Below are positions 47,986 to 58,148 of a stretch of DNA of 64,000 bases, piece by piece. The stretch comes from Deltaproteobacteria bacterium (GTDB lineage Bacteria > Myxococcota > Kuafuiibacteriia > Kuafuiibacteriales > Kuafuiibacteriaceae), in assembly GCA_040218735.1 (NCBI GenBank), contig JAVJQW010000007.1:192001-256000 (forward strand), read 5' to 3'. The notes beneath the pieces are model-generated. The model saw only the letters and a list, made by a program, of their open reading frames with translations, made no database searches and had not been told where the DNA came from. Every line of letters begins with the position of its first letter. The first letter of the stretch is position 1. A program made the position numbers and the translations under genes.

Positions 47986-49431
47986 GTGACGCCGACCGTC
48001 GCTCGCGGTACCGTCCGGCCTCTCATGGTGCCGCGCGGTCGCCGGATCTTCTGCAATCGAACCCTGAATCTGCGGTCCATTCGGGCGATCGGCTACGACA
48101 TGGACTACACACTCATCCACTACCACGTGGCGGAGTGGGAGGCGCACGCCTACGGCCATGTCCTACGTCGCCTCGCCGCGCGTGGTTGGCCGGTGGAGGA
48201 CCTCGCGTTCGATCCGCAGATGATGATCCGCGGGCTGATCATCGACACCGAGCTGGGCAACGTCGTGAAGGCGAACCGCTTCGGCTTCGTGAAGGTCGCG
48301 CAGCACGGCACCACCCTCATCCCGTTCGAGCAGATGCGCGAGACCTACTCGCGCGTGATCGTCGACCTGTCCGAGCCGCGCTGGCGGTTCATGAACACGC
48401 TGTTCTCCATGTCGGAGGCGTGCCTGTACGCGCAGCTCGTCGCATGCCTCGACGACGGCAAGATGCCCCCCGGCATCGGCTACCCCGATCTATACACCGC
48501 GATCCGTCGCGCCTTCGACGAGGTGCATGCCGAGGGTGACCTCAAGGCGGAGATCGTCGCCGCCCCCGAGCGCTTCGTGGACCTCGACGAGCGGACCGCC
48601 CTCGCGCTCCTCGATCAGAAACACGCGAAGAAGAAGCTCATGCTCATCACCAACTCGGAGTGGTCGTACACCGCTCCGATCATGGCCTTCGCGTTCGACC
48701 GCTTCCTCCCGGGCGACATGACGTGGCGCGAGCTGTTCGACCTCGTGATCGTCTCCGCGCGAAAGCCGTCCTTCTTCACGGACGACAACCCGGCCTTCGA
48801 GGTCGTCGACGAGGACGGCCTCCTCCGGCCCGTCATCCGCGACCTGGAGCCCGGCAAGTCCTACGTCGGCGGCAGCGCCAAACAGGTCCAGGCCGCGTTC
48901 GGCCTCCACGGCGACGAGGTGCTCTACGTCGGTGACCACATCTTCAGCGACGTCAACGTGTCGAAGCAGGTCCAACGTTGGCGCACGGCGCTGATCCTCC
49001 GCGAGATGGAGGACGAGATCGCCGCCCTGGAGGCCTTCCGCGGATCGCAGGCGGAGCTCGAAGCGCTCATGGCGCAGAAGGAGCAGCTCGAAGGGCAGCA
49101 GTGCGCCGTCCGCGTGGCGGAGCTCCGCGCCGAACACGGGTATGGGCCGAAGGACGACCGCGACCTCGAGACCCTCCGCGCCGACGCCGGCCGGATCCGC
49201 GAGGCCCTCGACGCGCTCGACGCGCGCATCAAACCCCTCGCGATCGAGTCCGGACGCCTCGGCTCGGACAAGTGGGGCCCGCTGATGCGCGCGGGCAACG
49301 ACAAGAGCCACCTCGCCCGGCAGGTCGAGCGCTACGCCGACGTCTACCTCGCGCGGGTCTCCGACTTCGCGGCCGAGTCCCCGTTCGCCTACCTGAGATC
49401 GGTGCGCGGGAGCCTCCCGCACGATCGCTAG
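47986..49431 (+). CDS. HAD-IG family 5'-nucleotidase
   Basis: GYDMDYTL, LITNS, SARKP, YVGDHIFSD. Confidence 0.92.
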   Translation: MTPTVARGTVRPLMVPRGRRIFCNRTLNLRSIRAIGYDMDYTLIHYHVAEWEAHAYGHVLRRLAARGWPVEDLAFDPQMMIRGLIIDTELGNVVKANRFGFVKVAQHGTTLIPFEQMRETYSRVIVDLSEPRWRFMNTLFSMSEACLYAQLVACLDDGKMPPGIGYPDLYTAIRRAFDEVHAEGDLKAEIVAAPERFVDLDERTALALLDQKHAKKKLMLITNSEWSYTAPIMAFAFDRFLPGDMTWRELFDLVIVSARKPSFFTDDNPAFEVVDEDGLLRPVIRDLEPGKSYVGGSAKQVQAAFGLHGDEVLYVGDHIFSDVNVSKQVQRWRTALILREMEDEIAALEAFRGSQAELEALMAQKEQLEGQQCAVRVAELRAEHGYGPKDDRDLETLRADAGRIREALDALDARIKPLAIESGRLGSDKWGPLMRAGNDKSHLARQVERYADVYLARVSDFAAESPFAYLRSVRGSLPHDR

Positions 49432-49438
49432 GACGCGG

Positions 49439-52400
49439 TTAGAACCGCTTCACCCAGATCACGTCGGCCGAGCCGCGCTGACCCTGGGCGTAACGCAGCT
49501 CCGCGACCCACGTGCCCGTGAAGCGGTAGCGGAGCAGCCCCTCGCTCGTCGTGCTCGGCGTCGGGCTGTTGGTATCGACCGTGAACGTGTACGCGACGAA
49601 GAGGCTGTCCGTGATCCACTTGCCGAGGGTGAGGGCCGGCGTCTTGCCTTCGTCGCCGAGGTCGAGCTTCAGCGTATCGATCGGGAGCGAGCGACGGATC
49701 GCCTGGGTCACCGGTCCGAGCAACAACCCCGCCGCGGCGGCCGCGGCCTGCTCCGGCGTGACTTCGCCGCCGGACTCCACGCCGGGCTCGCCTCCGAGGA
49801 AGACCTGCATCAGCTCGCCGCGCGTGTAGACCGATGGGTCGGCGACGAAGTTGAGCTCCGGCTTCTTCGAGGTGCCGGTGACGATCACCGAGAACACCGC
49901 GTTGTCGAAGTCCTTCGTGAGGACGACGTCGAGGCGCGGGTCCATCGGGACCCGCCCGTCGAAGACCACGCGCGCGCGGTTGATGTCGTACTCGTGCGCG
50001 ATGAGTTGCAGCTTGCCGCGGGGCAGCGATACCCAACCGTCGATCGCCGGACCGCGGGGCGTCGTCACCATGGTCAGCGACATCTCCAGCGCGGTGCGTA
50101 CCTGCTCACCCTCCACGCCGACCGCCCCCTTCGTTGCGATGCGAACGATCGTCTTCGATGCCTTCTCACCCTGCGCCGCTCGCTTCGCGGCGCGCGCCGC
50201 TGCGAGACCCGCGCGGTCGACGAACACGACGTCCTGCATCGGATCGATCGGGTGCAGTGATCCCCCGCCGGGATCGCCGGGGAGCGTGATCGTCCCGCCG
50301 TCGAGGGTGACGTCCACGCGGAGCGCGTCCGGCTCTTGTCGCCCCGTCACCCGAACGTCCAGCGTCGCGAGCGCCGCCGTCGTCCCGGCCGAGACCCGGA
50401 CGTCGTCGGTCTTCAGCTTCGCCTCGAACTTCAGCGCCTCGGCGGGGAACACCGTGGCCTTCGCCGTGACGGAGACGTTGCCGCCGCCCGCGGTGCCCTT
50501 GGCGGTGAGATCGAGGTTCTGGCCCGCGATGTTCACATGCACCTTGGCGTCTTCGAGATCGGGCACGCCCGGCGCGACCGCGAGGCGCTTTGCGTGCAGC
50601 GTGAGGTCGCCGTTCACGTCGGGCTCCGCGAGCTCGCCGGTCGCGGTGACCTTCCCGTCGAGTGAAGACGACTCGAACCCCAACGTCGTCCCCGCGGTGG
50701 CCTGAAGGAGCTCGCCGACGAAGTCGAGCGCGAAGCGCTGCGCGACGAGCGTGGCGTCGACTTCGTCGCGGAGCTTAACGTCGGCGTCCAGCCGTCCGCC
50801 GTCGTCTTGTCGCGCGGCGAGCGTCGCGTCGACGGAGCCGCCTTCGACGTGGGCCTTCAGGTCGAGGCGCTCGAACGCCCGTCCGCCGAGCGTGCCGTCC
50901 CCGACGGAGAGGGTCGCGTCGACCTTCGGGGCCTCGACGACGCCGGACACCTTCGCGGTGATGGCGAGCGCGCCTCGGAAGCGCTCGCGGAGCTTCTTGG
51001 CGCTGAACACGTGGGTGATGTCGAAGGGGACGCTGCGCACGTCGACCGCGAGCGGGAGCTTTGCGAACGCGTCGGGTTCGGTCGCGGCGAGCGCTCGGAC
51101 CGATCGCGGGAGGCGAACGTCGATGTCCGCGATTGGCCGCTCGTCGACGTAGAGGCCGACGTCGGCCCAGGTCGCGCCGTCGCGCTCGAAGACGACGGCC
51201 GCCGCGCCGACCTTCGACAGCTGCGGGCTCACGTCCACGTCACGGAGCTCGAACGCGAGCTGCGTATCCGCGAGCCCCGGTCCGGTGCGCAGGCCGAGCT
51301 CCAGCGTGCCGGGCGGGAGTGGCGTCCCGACGAGCTCGGCGATCGCCTCGAGCTGAGCCCCGGTCACACTCGCCGTGACGGTCTCGATTCTATCGAATGG
51401 ATTCAACTGCCACGCTTCCGCGTCCACGATCGGCGTGGGCGGCGTGACCCGCGCGTGGGCGGCGACCGAGAGGTCCTTCGGCCCCTCGACCCACAGGCGC
51501 GCTTCGAGGCGCGAAGCGTCGACGTCGACCGTCACCCGTCCGTCAACGATCGGTGCGGAGGGGCGAAGGCGCAGGTCGTCCGCGTGGAGGTCGACGTCCG
51601 CGAAGAGATCCGCTCCGCGTTTGTCGATCTTCGCGGCGCCGGTCACGACCCCGGTCAGGGTCGGCGCCATCGTGCTCGTCGACACCGCCGCGAGGAGCTC
51701 CTCGACCGCCAGGCGCTCGAGCTGGAGATCCACGCGCCCGTCGCCGGCTTCGAGCGCGGCGACCCCGTCGCGTTCCAGCGTTTGCACGGTGACCGCCAGC
51801 GCCGCGTCGACGTCGGCGACGCGACGGCCGTCGAGGTCCAGCCCGAGGCGCGCCGCCGTCTGTTCTTCGTCTGCGAGGAGCGTGAGGTCCGCGTCGACCT
51901 TCGCCGCGAGCTGCGCCACGCGGAGGTCGCGGAGGGTGATGGTGCCGTCGATGCGCCGTACGCGAGGCCCGGCGACGATCTCACCCTCCACGCGCCCGCC
52001 CTTCAACGTCGGCACGTTCAGGATGCGTCCGAGCTCTTCGACGTCGACCGCCGCGAGCTTCGCCGACGCCGCGCGCACACGATCGAGCGGGCTGCGTCGC
52101 CACGCGGCGACGTCGATCGGATCCGTCGGCGTCGTCACGCGCGCCGTGACGTCCGCGCGACCGAGCTTGGCGCCGTCCGCGGCGACGCTCGCGGTGAGTA
52201 CGCCGTCGACGAGGTCGACGTCGAGGTCGAGGGCGAGCGGCGCGATGTCTTCGAAGCTGAGGTCGGTGCCCTGCACCGCAACGGAAGCTTCGGTCCCGTC
52301 CACCCTCGCGTTCATCTGCACGACGCCGCCGAGACGCGGCGCGCCCGGGACGATGCGCGAGAAGGTCGCGAGGCGGAGCTGGTCCACGTCGAGTCGGACG

Positions 52401-53863
52401 TCGCGGCTCTTGCGCAGGGGGTCGGCCGTGTCGATCGTCCCGCTCGCGGTGAGCGCGCCGGCGTTGGAGGTGAGCGCGAGGTCGTCGATGCGAACGGTAT
52501 CGCCGTCGACGCGGACACGCGTCCCGCCGCCGCTCCACGTGACGTCGCGGGTGATCACCTCCAGCGTCTTCACTTCGGCGCGCAGCGACTCACCCTCCAG
52601 GCCGACGCGCAGCGTGGCGCGAGGGGCACGGATCGGCGCGGGCCGACCGTTGGGCTGGAGCACGACCACGTCTCGGACGCGCACGTCGGCTTCGGCGTCG
52701 AGCACGCCGGTGAGCCCCTGCGCGCTGGCCGTCGCCTTCACTTCTCCGACGCGGACCGCGGGGTGCGCGAGGTCGCGGACGGTCGCCGAGGCTTCGAGGG
52801 TGAGATCGTCGAGCGGCCCCTTCGCGGTGGCGACGAGATCGACGTCGGCCGTCGGCGCGAGCGGGTGGACCGACTGCGGCGCGACATCCGTCAGCGCGAC
52901 GCGCGCGGCGAGCGCGGACAGATCCGTCGCGAGACCGGCGTCGACTTCGAGCGGCGCCTCGTTCAGCAGGCCGTCGAGCGCCACCACCCAACGCTCCGCC
53001 GCCGCGTCGTGGCTCGCGGTCGCCGTCGCGACGAGCGCGACCGTGAGGTCGGGCTGACGGCTGACCTTGCGTACGAGGTCCGCGGGGACGTCGATCGCGA
53101 GCCGGCCGTCGAGCGCCAACGAGCCCGGATCGAAGTGCGTGTCGCGCACGCGGAGGACGCGGTGTTCGTCGACCTCGATCTCCAGCGTCTCGACCTCCGC
53201 GGCGCCACCGACGAACCCGCCGTCGCCTCGCAGCTCGACCTCGATCGCCTGCTCGGGGAGGGACGCGGCGATGCGCTCGATCTTCGCACGCACGTCGGGG
53301 AGGGGAGCCTCGACGCCGAGACGCACGAGGAGCCCCTCGACCACCGTGGAGGTCTTCGCGTCTTGCGTCATCAAGAACGCGCCGCCGTCGAGCGTGAGCG
53401 CGTCGACCCGCACCGTGAACTGCGGTGCGCCCGCGCTCGGCGTCTCGGGCTGCGGAGGGCTCGGCGGCACGAGGCGGGCGAAGTTGTTGCTCCCGTCGGG
53501 GTAGGTCTCGAGCCGCGCCCACGGGGCGTCGATGGCGATCGTCTTGGCGTGGAACTTCGACGCGAACAGCGCGGAGAAGTCGTGGTCGACGAACACCCGC
53601 GCGACGCGCGCGATGGGGTGGCCTTCCGCGTCGCGCAGCTCCACGTCCCGGATCGTGAGCTGCGAGAACACCGACCCTTCGATTGCGCCGATCGACACGG
53701 ATCCATTCAGTGTATCGCTGGCGACGGACTCTCCGACGGAGCGCACCTGCTCGAGCCCCCAGTCGGTCCCGAGGAGCGTGGCACCAACGCCGGCGACCAG
53801 CGCGACGAGGAGCACGATGACGAGCAGGCTGCCGCCCGACCACTTCGCGAGTGCGCGGCGCAT
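49439..53863 (-). CDS. tamB: Translocation/assembly module TamB
   Basis: N-terminal TM anchor, long beta-rich body, C-terminal DUF490-like region (PRLDV, GTSKKPEL, LGKWI); adjacent to an Omp85 gene. Confidence 0.88.
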   Translation of the reverse strand: MRRALAKWSGGSLLVIVLLVALVAGVGATLLGTDWGLEQVRSVGESVASDTLNGSVSIGAIEGSVFSQLTIRDVELRDAEGHPIARVARVFVDHDFSALFASKFHAKTIAIDAPWARLETYPDGSNNFARLVPPSPPQPETPSAGAPQFTVRVDALTLDGGAFLMTQDAKTSTVVEGLLVRLGVEAPLPDVRAKIERIAASLPEQAIEVELRGDGGFVGGAAEVETLEIEVDEHRVLRVRDTHFDPGSLALDGRLAIDVPADLVRKVSRQPDLTVALVATATASHDAAAERWVVALDGLLNEAPLEVDAGLATDLSALAARVALTDVAPQSVHPLAPTADVDLVATAKGPLDDLTLEASATVRDLAHPAVRVGEVKATASAQGLTGVLDAEADVRVRDVVVLQPNGRPAPIRAPRATLRVGLEGESLRAEVKTLEVITRDVTWSGGGTRVRVDGDTVRIDDLALTSNAGALTASGTIDTADPLRKSRDVRLDVDQLRLATFSRIVPGAPRLGGVVQMNARVDGTEASVAVQGTDLSFEDIAPLALDLDVDLVDGVLTASVAADGAKLGRADVTARVTTPTDPIDVAAWRRSPLDRVRAASAKLAAVDVEELGRILNVPTLKGGRVEGEIVAGPRVRRIDGTITLRDLRVAQLAAKVDADLTLLADEEQTAARLGLDLDGRRVADVDAALAVTVQTLERDGVAALEAGDGRVDLQLERLAVEELLAAVSTSTMAPTLTGVVTGAAKIDKRGADLFADVDLHADDLRLRPSAPIVDGRVTVDVDASRLEARLWVEGPKDLSVAAHARVTPPTPIVDAEAWQLNPFDRIETVTASVTGAQLEAIAELVGTPLPPGTLELGLRTGPGLADTQLAFELRDVDVSPQLSKVGAAAVVFERDGATWADVGLYVDERPIADIDVRLPRSVRALAATEPDAFAKLPLAVDVRSVPFDITHVFSAKKLRERFRGALAITAKVSGVVEAPKVDATLSVGDGTLGGRAFERLDLKAHVEGGSVDATLAARQDDGGRLDADVKLRDEVDATLVAQRFALDFVGELLQATAGTTLGFESSSLDGKVTATGELAEPDVNGDLTLHAKRLAVAPGVPDLEDAKVHVNIAGQNLDLTAKGTAGGGNVSVTAKATVFPAEALKFEAKLKTDDVRVSAGTTAALATLDVRVTGRQEPDALRVDVTLDGGTITLPGDPGGGSLHPIDPMQDVVFVDRAGLAAARAAKRAAQGEKASKTIVRIATKGAVGVEGEQVRTALEMSLTMVTTPRGPAIDGWVSLPRGKLQLIAHEYDINRARVVFDGRVPMDPRLDVVLTKDFDNAVFSVIVTGTSKKPELNFVADPSVYTRGELMQVFLGGEPGVESGGEVTPEQAAAAAAGLLLGPVTQAIRRSLPIDTLKLDLGDEGKTPALTLGKWITDSLFVAYTFTVDTNSPTPSTTSEGLLRYRFTGTWVAELRYAQGQRGSADVIWVKRF

Positions 53864-53865
53864 CG

Positions 53866-55764
53866 TCAGAACGCCTCTCCGATGCTGATGTGGTAGACGA
53901 TGCGGCCGTCCTTGGTCGTGGGCGGATCCGGCTCACCCTCCTCGAAGCGGTTGAGGCGGTAGCCGACGTCGAAACGCAGCGGCCCGACGGGGGTGTGGTA
54001 GCGGAGGCCGGCGCCGGTCGCGAGGTGCGGGCGGTCGAACGCGAGATCGGCGAAGGCGTTTCGCGTGTCGCCCGCGTCCAAGAAGCCGACGACGCCCAAC
54101 CACTGACCGAGCACCTTCACGAGCTCCAGGCGCAGCTCGCCGTTCGCGACGAACATCGCTTCGCCGCCGAGCGGGTAGTAGACGCCGTCGACCGGTTCAC
54201 CCGGCGACAGGCGGCGACGCCCGAAGCCGCGCACGCTGTCGGAGCCGCCCGAGAAGTAGCGCTGGGTGATGGGGAGCGGTTTGTCGAGGAGGTTCGCGCC
54301 GACGCGCAGGCGGGCGGCGAGCACGATCCGCGGGGTGCCGAGCGACAAGTAACCTTGCGCCTCCGGCGTGACCTTCAGGTAGTCCTTCGGGTCGGCGGCG
54401 ATCAGGTGCCCGGCTTCGACCGGGAGCGACAGGTAGAAGCCGGAGTGCGGCGACAGCGGGTTGTCGCGCCGGTCGTAGGTGATCGACGGCGCCGCGGACA
54501 CGAGCGTCAGTCGATCGCGCAGACCGTACTCCGCGCGTTTGTCGACCGGGATGTCGTCGAAGTCGAACACGTCGTAGTAGGTCGCGTTGAAGGCAATCGA
54601 GGCCTGGAGCCGATCGTCGTCGAGGAACGCGCGGCCCAGGATGACCTGCGCCGAGGGGCCCTGCGTGGCGAACGCCTCGTACTTGATGAGCCGGTAGGTC
54701 ACGCCGGTCGTGAGGCGAACGCGGGGGTAGAGGAAGTCGTCCCGGATGACGCGCGCGGAGGCTTCGATCTGATAGCCGAGGTCTTCGTTGGAGATCGGCA
54801 AGAGAACTTGCGGTCGCACCACCGCGTTGAACGACATCAGCGGGTGGAAGAAGAACCGGCGGGTGTACGAGAGGTTGCCGCGCACCGAGAGGTTCTGCGG
54901 GTCGAACTGCAGACCGCCGCCGAGGCGCAGCTCGTTGAGCGAAGTCTCCGAGAAGCCGATCGCGATGTTCACGCGTTGGTCGTCCGAGTGATACGTCGGC
55001 GTGAAGCGGACGGAGCTCGCGAGGTCGAGTGTGTACAGGCGCCCCTCCGTGAGCCGGAGCGCGTCCGGGTCGTAGACCTCGCCCGGCTTCCACGCGATGC
55101 GGTTCTTCACCGCGCTCTTGGGGATCGCGCTGCGATCGAACGTCACCTCGTCGAACCGCACCAGCGGACCGGGGTCGACGTCGATGCGGATGTGCACCTC
55201 GTTGGCGTCGCGGTCGACCTCGATGCGCCCGTCGATCCGCGCGCGCGGGTGACCGCGACGCTGGAGGAGTGCATCGAACGCCGCCTTCGTGATCTCGTAG
55301 TCGTCGTACGTGAAGCGCTCGCCGACGAGGATGGACGACGCCGCGTACAGCTCGTCCTCCGAGACCGCGGTGGACGTCGTCGTGTACGCCGCGTCGACCA
55401 CGTTCGCGGGCGGCCCCTCCTCCACCGCGTACGTGATGCGCACGTCGGACTCCGGGTCGGCCTCGTTCGCGATCTCGACGACCGCTTCCCCGACGCGCAC
55501 CGAGAAGAATCCGTTGGTCTCGTAGTAGGAGGCGATGCGCTGCCGGTCGAGCTGCAGCACCAGCTCGTCGTACGGCGCGATGTCCTTGAAGACGATCCCC
55601 CGCGGCGGGTGGTTCGCGAGCCCGTCGGTCACGTCGTCCGCGTCGAGCGCCTTCGCGCCCGTGAGCTCGACGTGTTCGACCGGGTGGCGTCCGTCCGGAA
55701 AGCCGATGGCGCAGCCCGAGGCCACGAGCCCGAGGGCCCAGACCGTGCTCGCTCGCCGTGCCAC
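53866..55764 (-). CDS. tamA: Omp85-family TamA/BamA-like protein, probable lipoprotein
   Basis: Start GTG 55764, lipobox ASGC, POTRA domains, GGSDSVRGF, GLRYHTPVGPLRFD, terminal SIGEAF. Confidence 0.85.
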   Translation of the reverse strand: MARRASTVWALGLVASGCAIGFPDGRHPVEHVELTGAKALDADDVTDGLANHPPRGIVFKDIAPYDELVLQLDRQRIASYYETNGFFSVRVGEAVVEIANEADPESDVRITYAVEEGPPANVVDAAYTTTSTAVSEDELYAASSILVGERFTYDDYEITKAAFDALLQRRGHPRARIDGRIEVDRDANEVHIRIDVDPGPLVRFDEVTFDRSAIPKSAVKNRIAWKPGEVYDPDALRLTEGRLYTLDLASSVRFTPTYHSDDQRVNIAIGFSETSLNELRLGGGLQFDPQNLSVRGNLSYTRRFFFHPLMSFNAVVRPQVLLPISNEDLGYQIEASARVIRDDFLYPRVRLTTGVTYRLIKYEAFATQGPSAQVILGRAFLDDDRLQASIAFNATYYDVFDFDDIPVDKRAEYGLRDRLTLVSAAPSITYDRRDNPLSPHSGFYLSLPVEAGHLIAADPKDYLKVTPEAQGYLSLGTPRIVLAARLRVGANLLDKPLPITQRYFSGGSDSVRGFGRRRLSPGEPVDGVYYPLGGEAMFVANGELRLELVKVLGQWLGVVGFLDAGDTRNAFADLAFDRPHLATGAGLRYHTPVGPLRFDVGYRLNRFEEGEPDPPTTKDGRIVYHISIGEAF

Positions 55765-55877
55765 CTGATTCGAGGGCGTAACCTCCCAGGCGCCGCGGTT
55801 CCATCGAAAAACTGAGATCGATTCGGGCATTCCGCGGGGACCGAAGCTGGTACGACGTATGCTGAGAGACGACGCCG

Positions 55878-58094
55878 ATGACAAACGCTCGCTGGTTCCT
55901 CGCTGCCTCCGCGCTCCTCTGTTTCGCCTGTGAAGCGCCCAACACCCGCCTGCCGGTCGACCCCGGCACCCCCGTGACCCCCAAGGACCCACCCGGCGTC
56001 GAACAAGAGCGCCAGCGCCTCCTCGCCGAGCTGGAGGCCACCCGCGACCTGAGCCCGCAGGACTTCGGCGCGAAGTACGGGCTCGACTTCGAGTCGCTCT
56101 CCCCGATGACGCCGACCGGCATCGACCACTACCCCCTCATCCAGGCGTCGTCGCTCGCGCTCGACAGCAACGAAGAGTCGCGCCTGACGCAGGACGGCTT
56201 CGTCATCACCGACCGGCGCAGCTTCCCGAGCTTCCTGTACGGGTACCAGACCATCTACATGGAGGACCTCCCGGTCTACGTCTCCGCGGACTCGATCCTG
56301 CACGCGCTGCACTCGAGCTACGACGAGATCCTCAAGACGATCGAGGTCCTCTCGCTGATCGGCGAGCTCGACTCGATGCTCACCGCCATGCGCGCGAACC
56401 TGCAGGCCGGCGCCGCGAACGCGGTCGGCGCGCAGGCCGTCGAGGACGTCGACTTCTACCTCGCCGTCGCCGCGAGCCTCCTGAACGACCAGGTCGTCGC
56501 GCCCGTCGCGAGCGCGGACCCGGCGCTCGTGCAGCAGTTCTTCGACGGCGCCCAGTCGGCCAACGGTTGGGAGCAGCGCGTGATGTTCGGCGTGCCGCGG
56601 GACTTCGACTTCTCGCAGTTCAAGCCGCGCGGGCACTACACCGACTCGCCGGATCTGGAGCGTTACTTCCGCGCGATGATGTGGCTCGGCCGCATCGACC
56701 TCCGCATGATCGAGACGCAGCCCGACCACTCGCAGCGCTTCCACCGCCGCCAGGTCGAAGGCGCGTTTGCGCTGCTCGCGACGATGGACCAAAAGGCGAT
56801 CGACGCGTGGGGCCGCATCGACGGGACCGTCGAGGCGTTCGTCGGTGAGTCCGACAACATGCGCGTCCCGGAGCTGAAGCAGCTCCTCGCGGACCTCCGC
56901 GTCGGGGAGCTGTCGGACCTCTCCACCATCGCGGACGACGAAATCGTCGCGGCGATCACCGCGGGCGGCTACGGCCAGCAGCGCATCTCGAGCCACATCA
57001 TGATCAACGGTCTGGGTGAAGGAACGATGCCGCTGTCGTCGACGTTCATGCTCCTCGGCCAGCGCTACGTCGTCGACTCCCACGTGTTCTCGAACGTCGT
57101 CTACGACCGCGTGCAGGGCGGCAACGTGCGCCGCATGATGCCCAACCCGCTCGACGCCGCGTTCGCGGCCCTCGGCAACGACCAGGCCGGCCTCTACCTC
57201 GACGCCGAGCTGCAGCAGTTCTCGTACGCGCCCGACCTCCACGCGATGCGCTTCCTGACCGACGCCCACGGCGACGCGTTCTGGAGCGGCAACCTCTACA
57301 ACCGCTGGCTCACCGCGCTGCGCGCGTTGTCGCCGAACGCCGAGACGCAGGACCCGGCCGCGCACGGCCTCCCGCAGATCGTCGCCACCGAGGCGTGGGG
57401 TCGTCGCATCCTCAACACGCAGCTCGCGTCCTGGGCGGAGCTGCGGCACGACACGATCCTCTACGCGAAGCAGTCGTACACCGGCGGCGCGTCGTGTGAG
57501 TACCCGGACGCGTACGTCGACCCGTACCCCGAGCTGTACGCCGCGCTCGTCGCGTTCGCGCAGCACGGTCGGCAGATCGTGATGAACCTCGACACCACCG
57601 CGTCGCTCGCTTCGATCGTCACGTACTTCGACGAGCTGGAAGACGTCGCGTCGACGCTGCAGGAGATGGCCGAGCACCAGCGGACCGGCACCGCGCTGAA
57701 GGAAGAGCACCTCGCGTTCATCAATGACGCGGTCGTGGTCGACGCCGGCTGCGGCGACCCCGTCAACGCGCACGGCTGGTTCGCGCGGCTGTACTTCGAC
57801 CGCGCCGCGGGCGCGCGCTTCGACCCGACGATCGCCGACGTGCACACCCAGCCCACCGACGAGGTCGGCAACCCGGTCGGTCGTGTCCTGCACGTGGGGA
57901 CCGGCGGGCCGCGCCTGATGGTCACGACGATCGAGACCTGCACCGGCCAGCGGGCCTACGTGGGGCTCACGTCGAGCTACTACGAGCACATCACGGAGAA
58001 CTTCGAGCGCCTCGACGACGAGGACTGGACGGGCGTCGTCCAGCGGACGCCCCCCGCGGATGCGCCGTGGTTGGCGCCGATCATCGTGCGCTGA
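55878..58094 (+). CDS. DUF3160 family lipoprotein
   Basis: Lipobox FAC, DFSQFKPRGHYT, YFRAMMWLGR, LASWAELRHDTILYAKQSY. Confidence 0.85.
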   Translation: MTNARWFLAASALLCFACEAPNTRLPVDPGTPVTPKDPPGVEQERQRLLAELEATRDLSPQDFGAKYGLDFESLSPMTPTGIDHYPLIQASSLALDSNEESRLTQDGFVITDRRSFPSFLYGYQTIYMEDLPVYVSADSILHALHSSYDEILKTIEVLSLIGELDSMLTAMRANLQAGAANAVGAQAVEDVDFYLAVAASLLNDQVVAPVASADPALVQQFFDGAQSANGWEQRVMFGVPRDFDFSQFKPRGHYTDSPDLERYFRAMMWLGRIDLRMIETQPDHSQRFHRRQVEGAFALLATMDQKAIDAWGRIDGTVEAFVGESDNMRVPELKQLLADLRVGELSDLSTIADDEIVAAITAGGYGQQRISSHIMINGLGEGTMPLSSTFMLLGQRYVVDSHVFSNVVYDRVQGGNVRRMMPNPLDAAFAALGNDQAGLYLDAELQQFSYAPDLHAMRFLTDAHGDAFWSGNLYNRWLTALRALSPNAETQDPAAHGLPQIVATEAWGRRILNTQLASWAELRHDTILYAKQSYTGGASCEYPDAYVDPYPELYAALVAFAQHGRQIVMNLDTTASLASIVTYFDELEDVASTLQEMAEHQRTGTALKEEHLAFINDAVVVDAGCGDPVNAHGWFARLYFDRAAGARFDPTIADVHTQPTDEVGNPVGRVLHVGTGGPRLMVTTIETCTGQRAYVGLTSSYYEHITENFERLDDEDWTGVVQRTPPADAPWLAPIIVR

Positions 58095-58148
58095 TCGACC
58101 GCGGATCGTCGGGCACTCGATTCCCTGCTATCGTTCGGTCCCGAGGTC

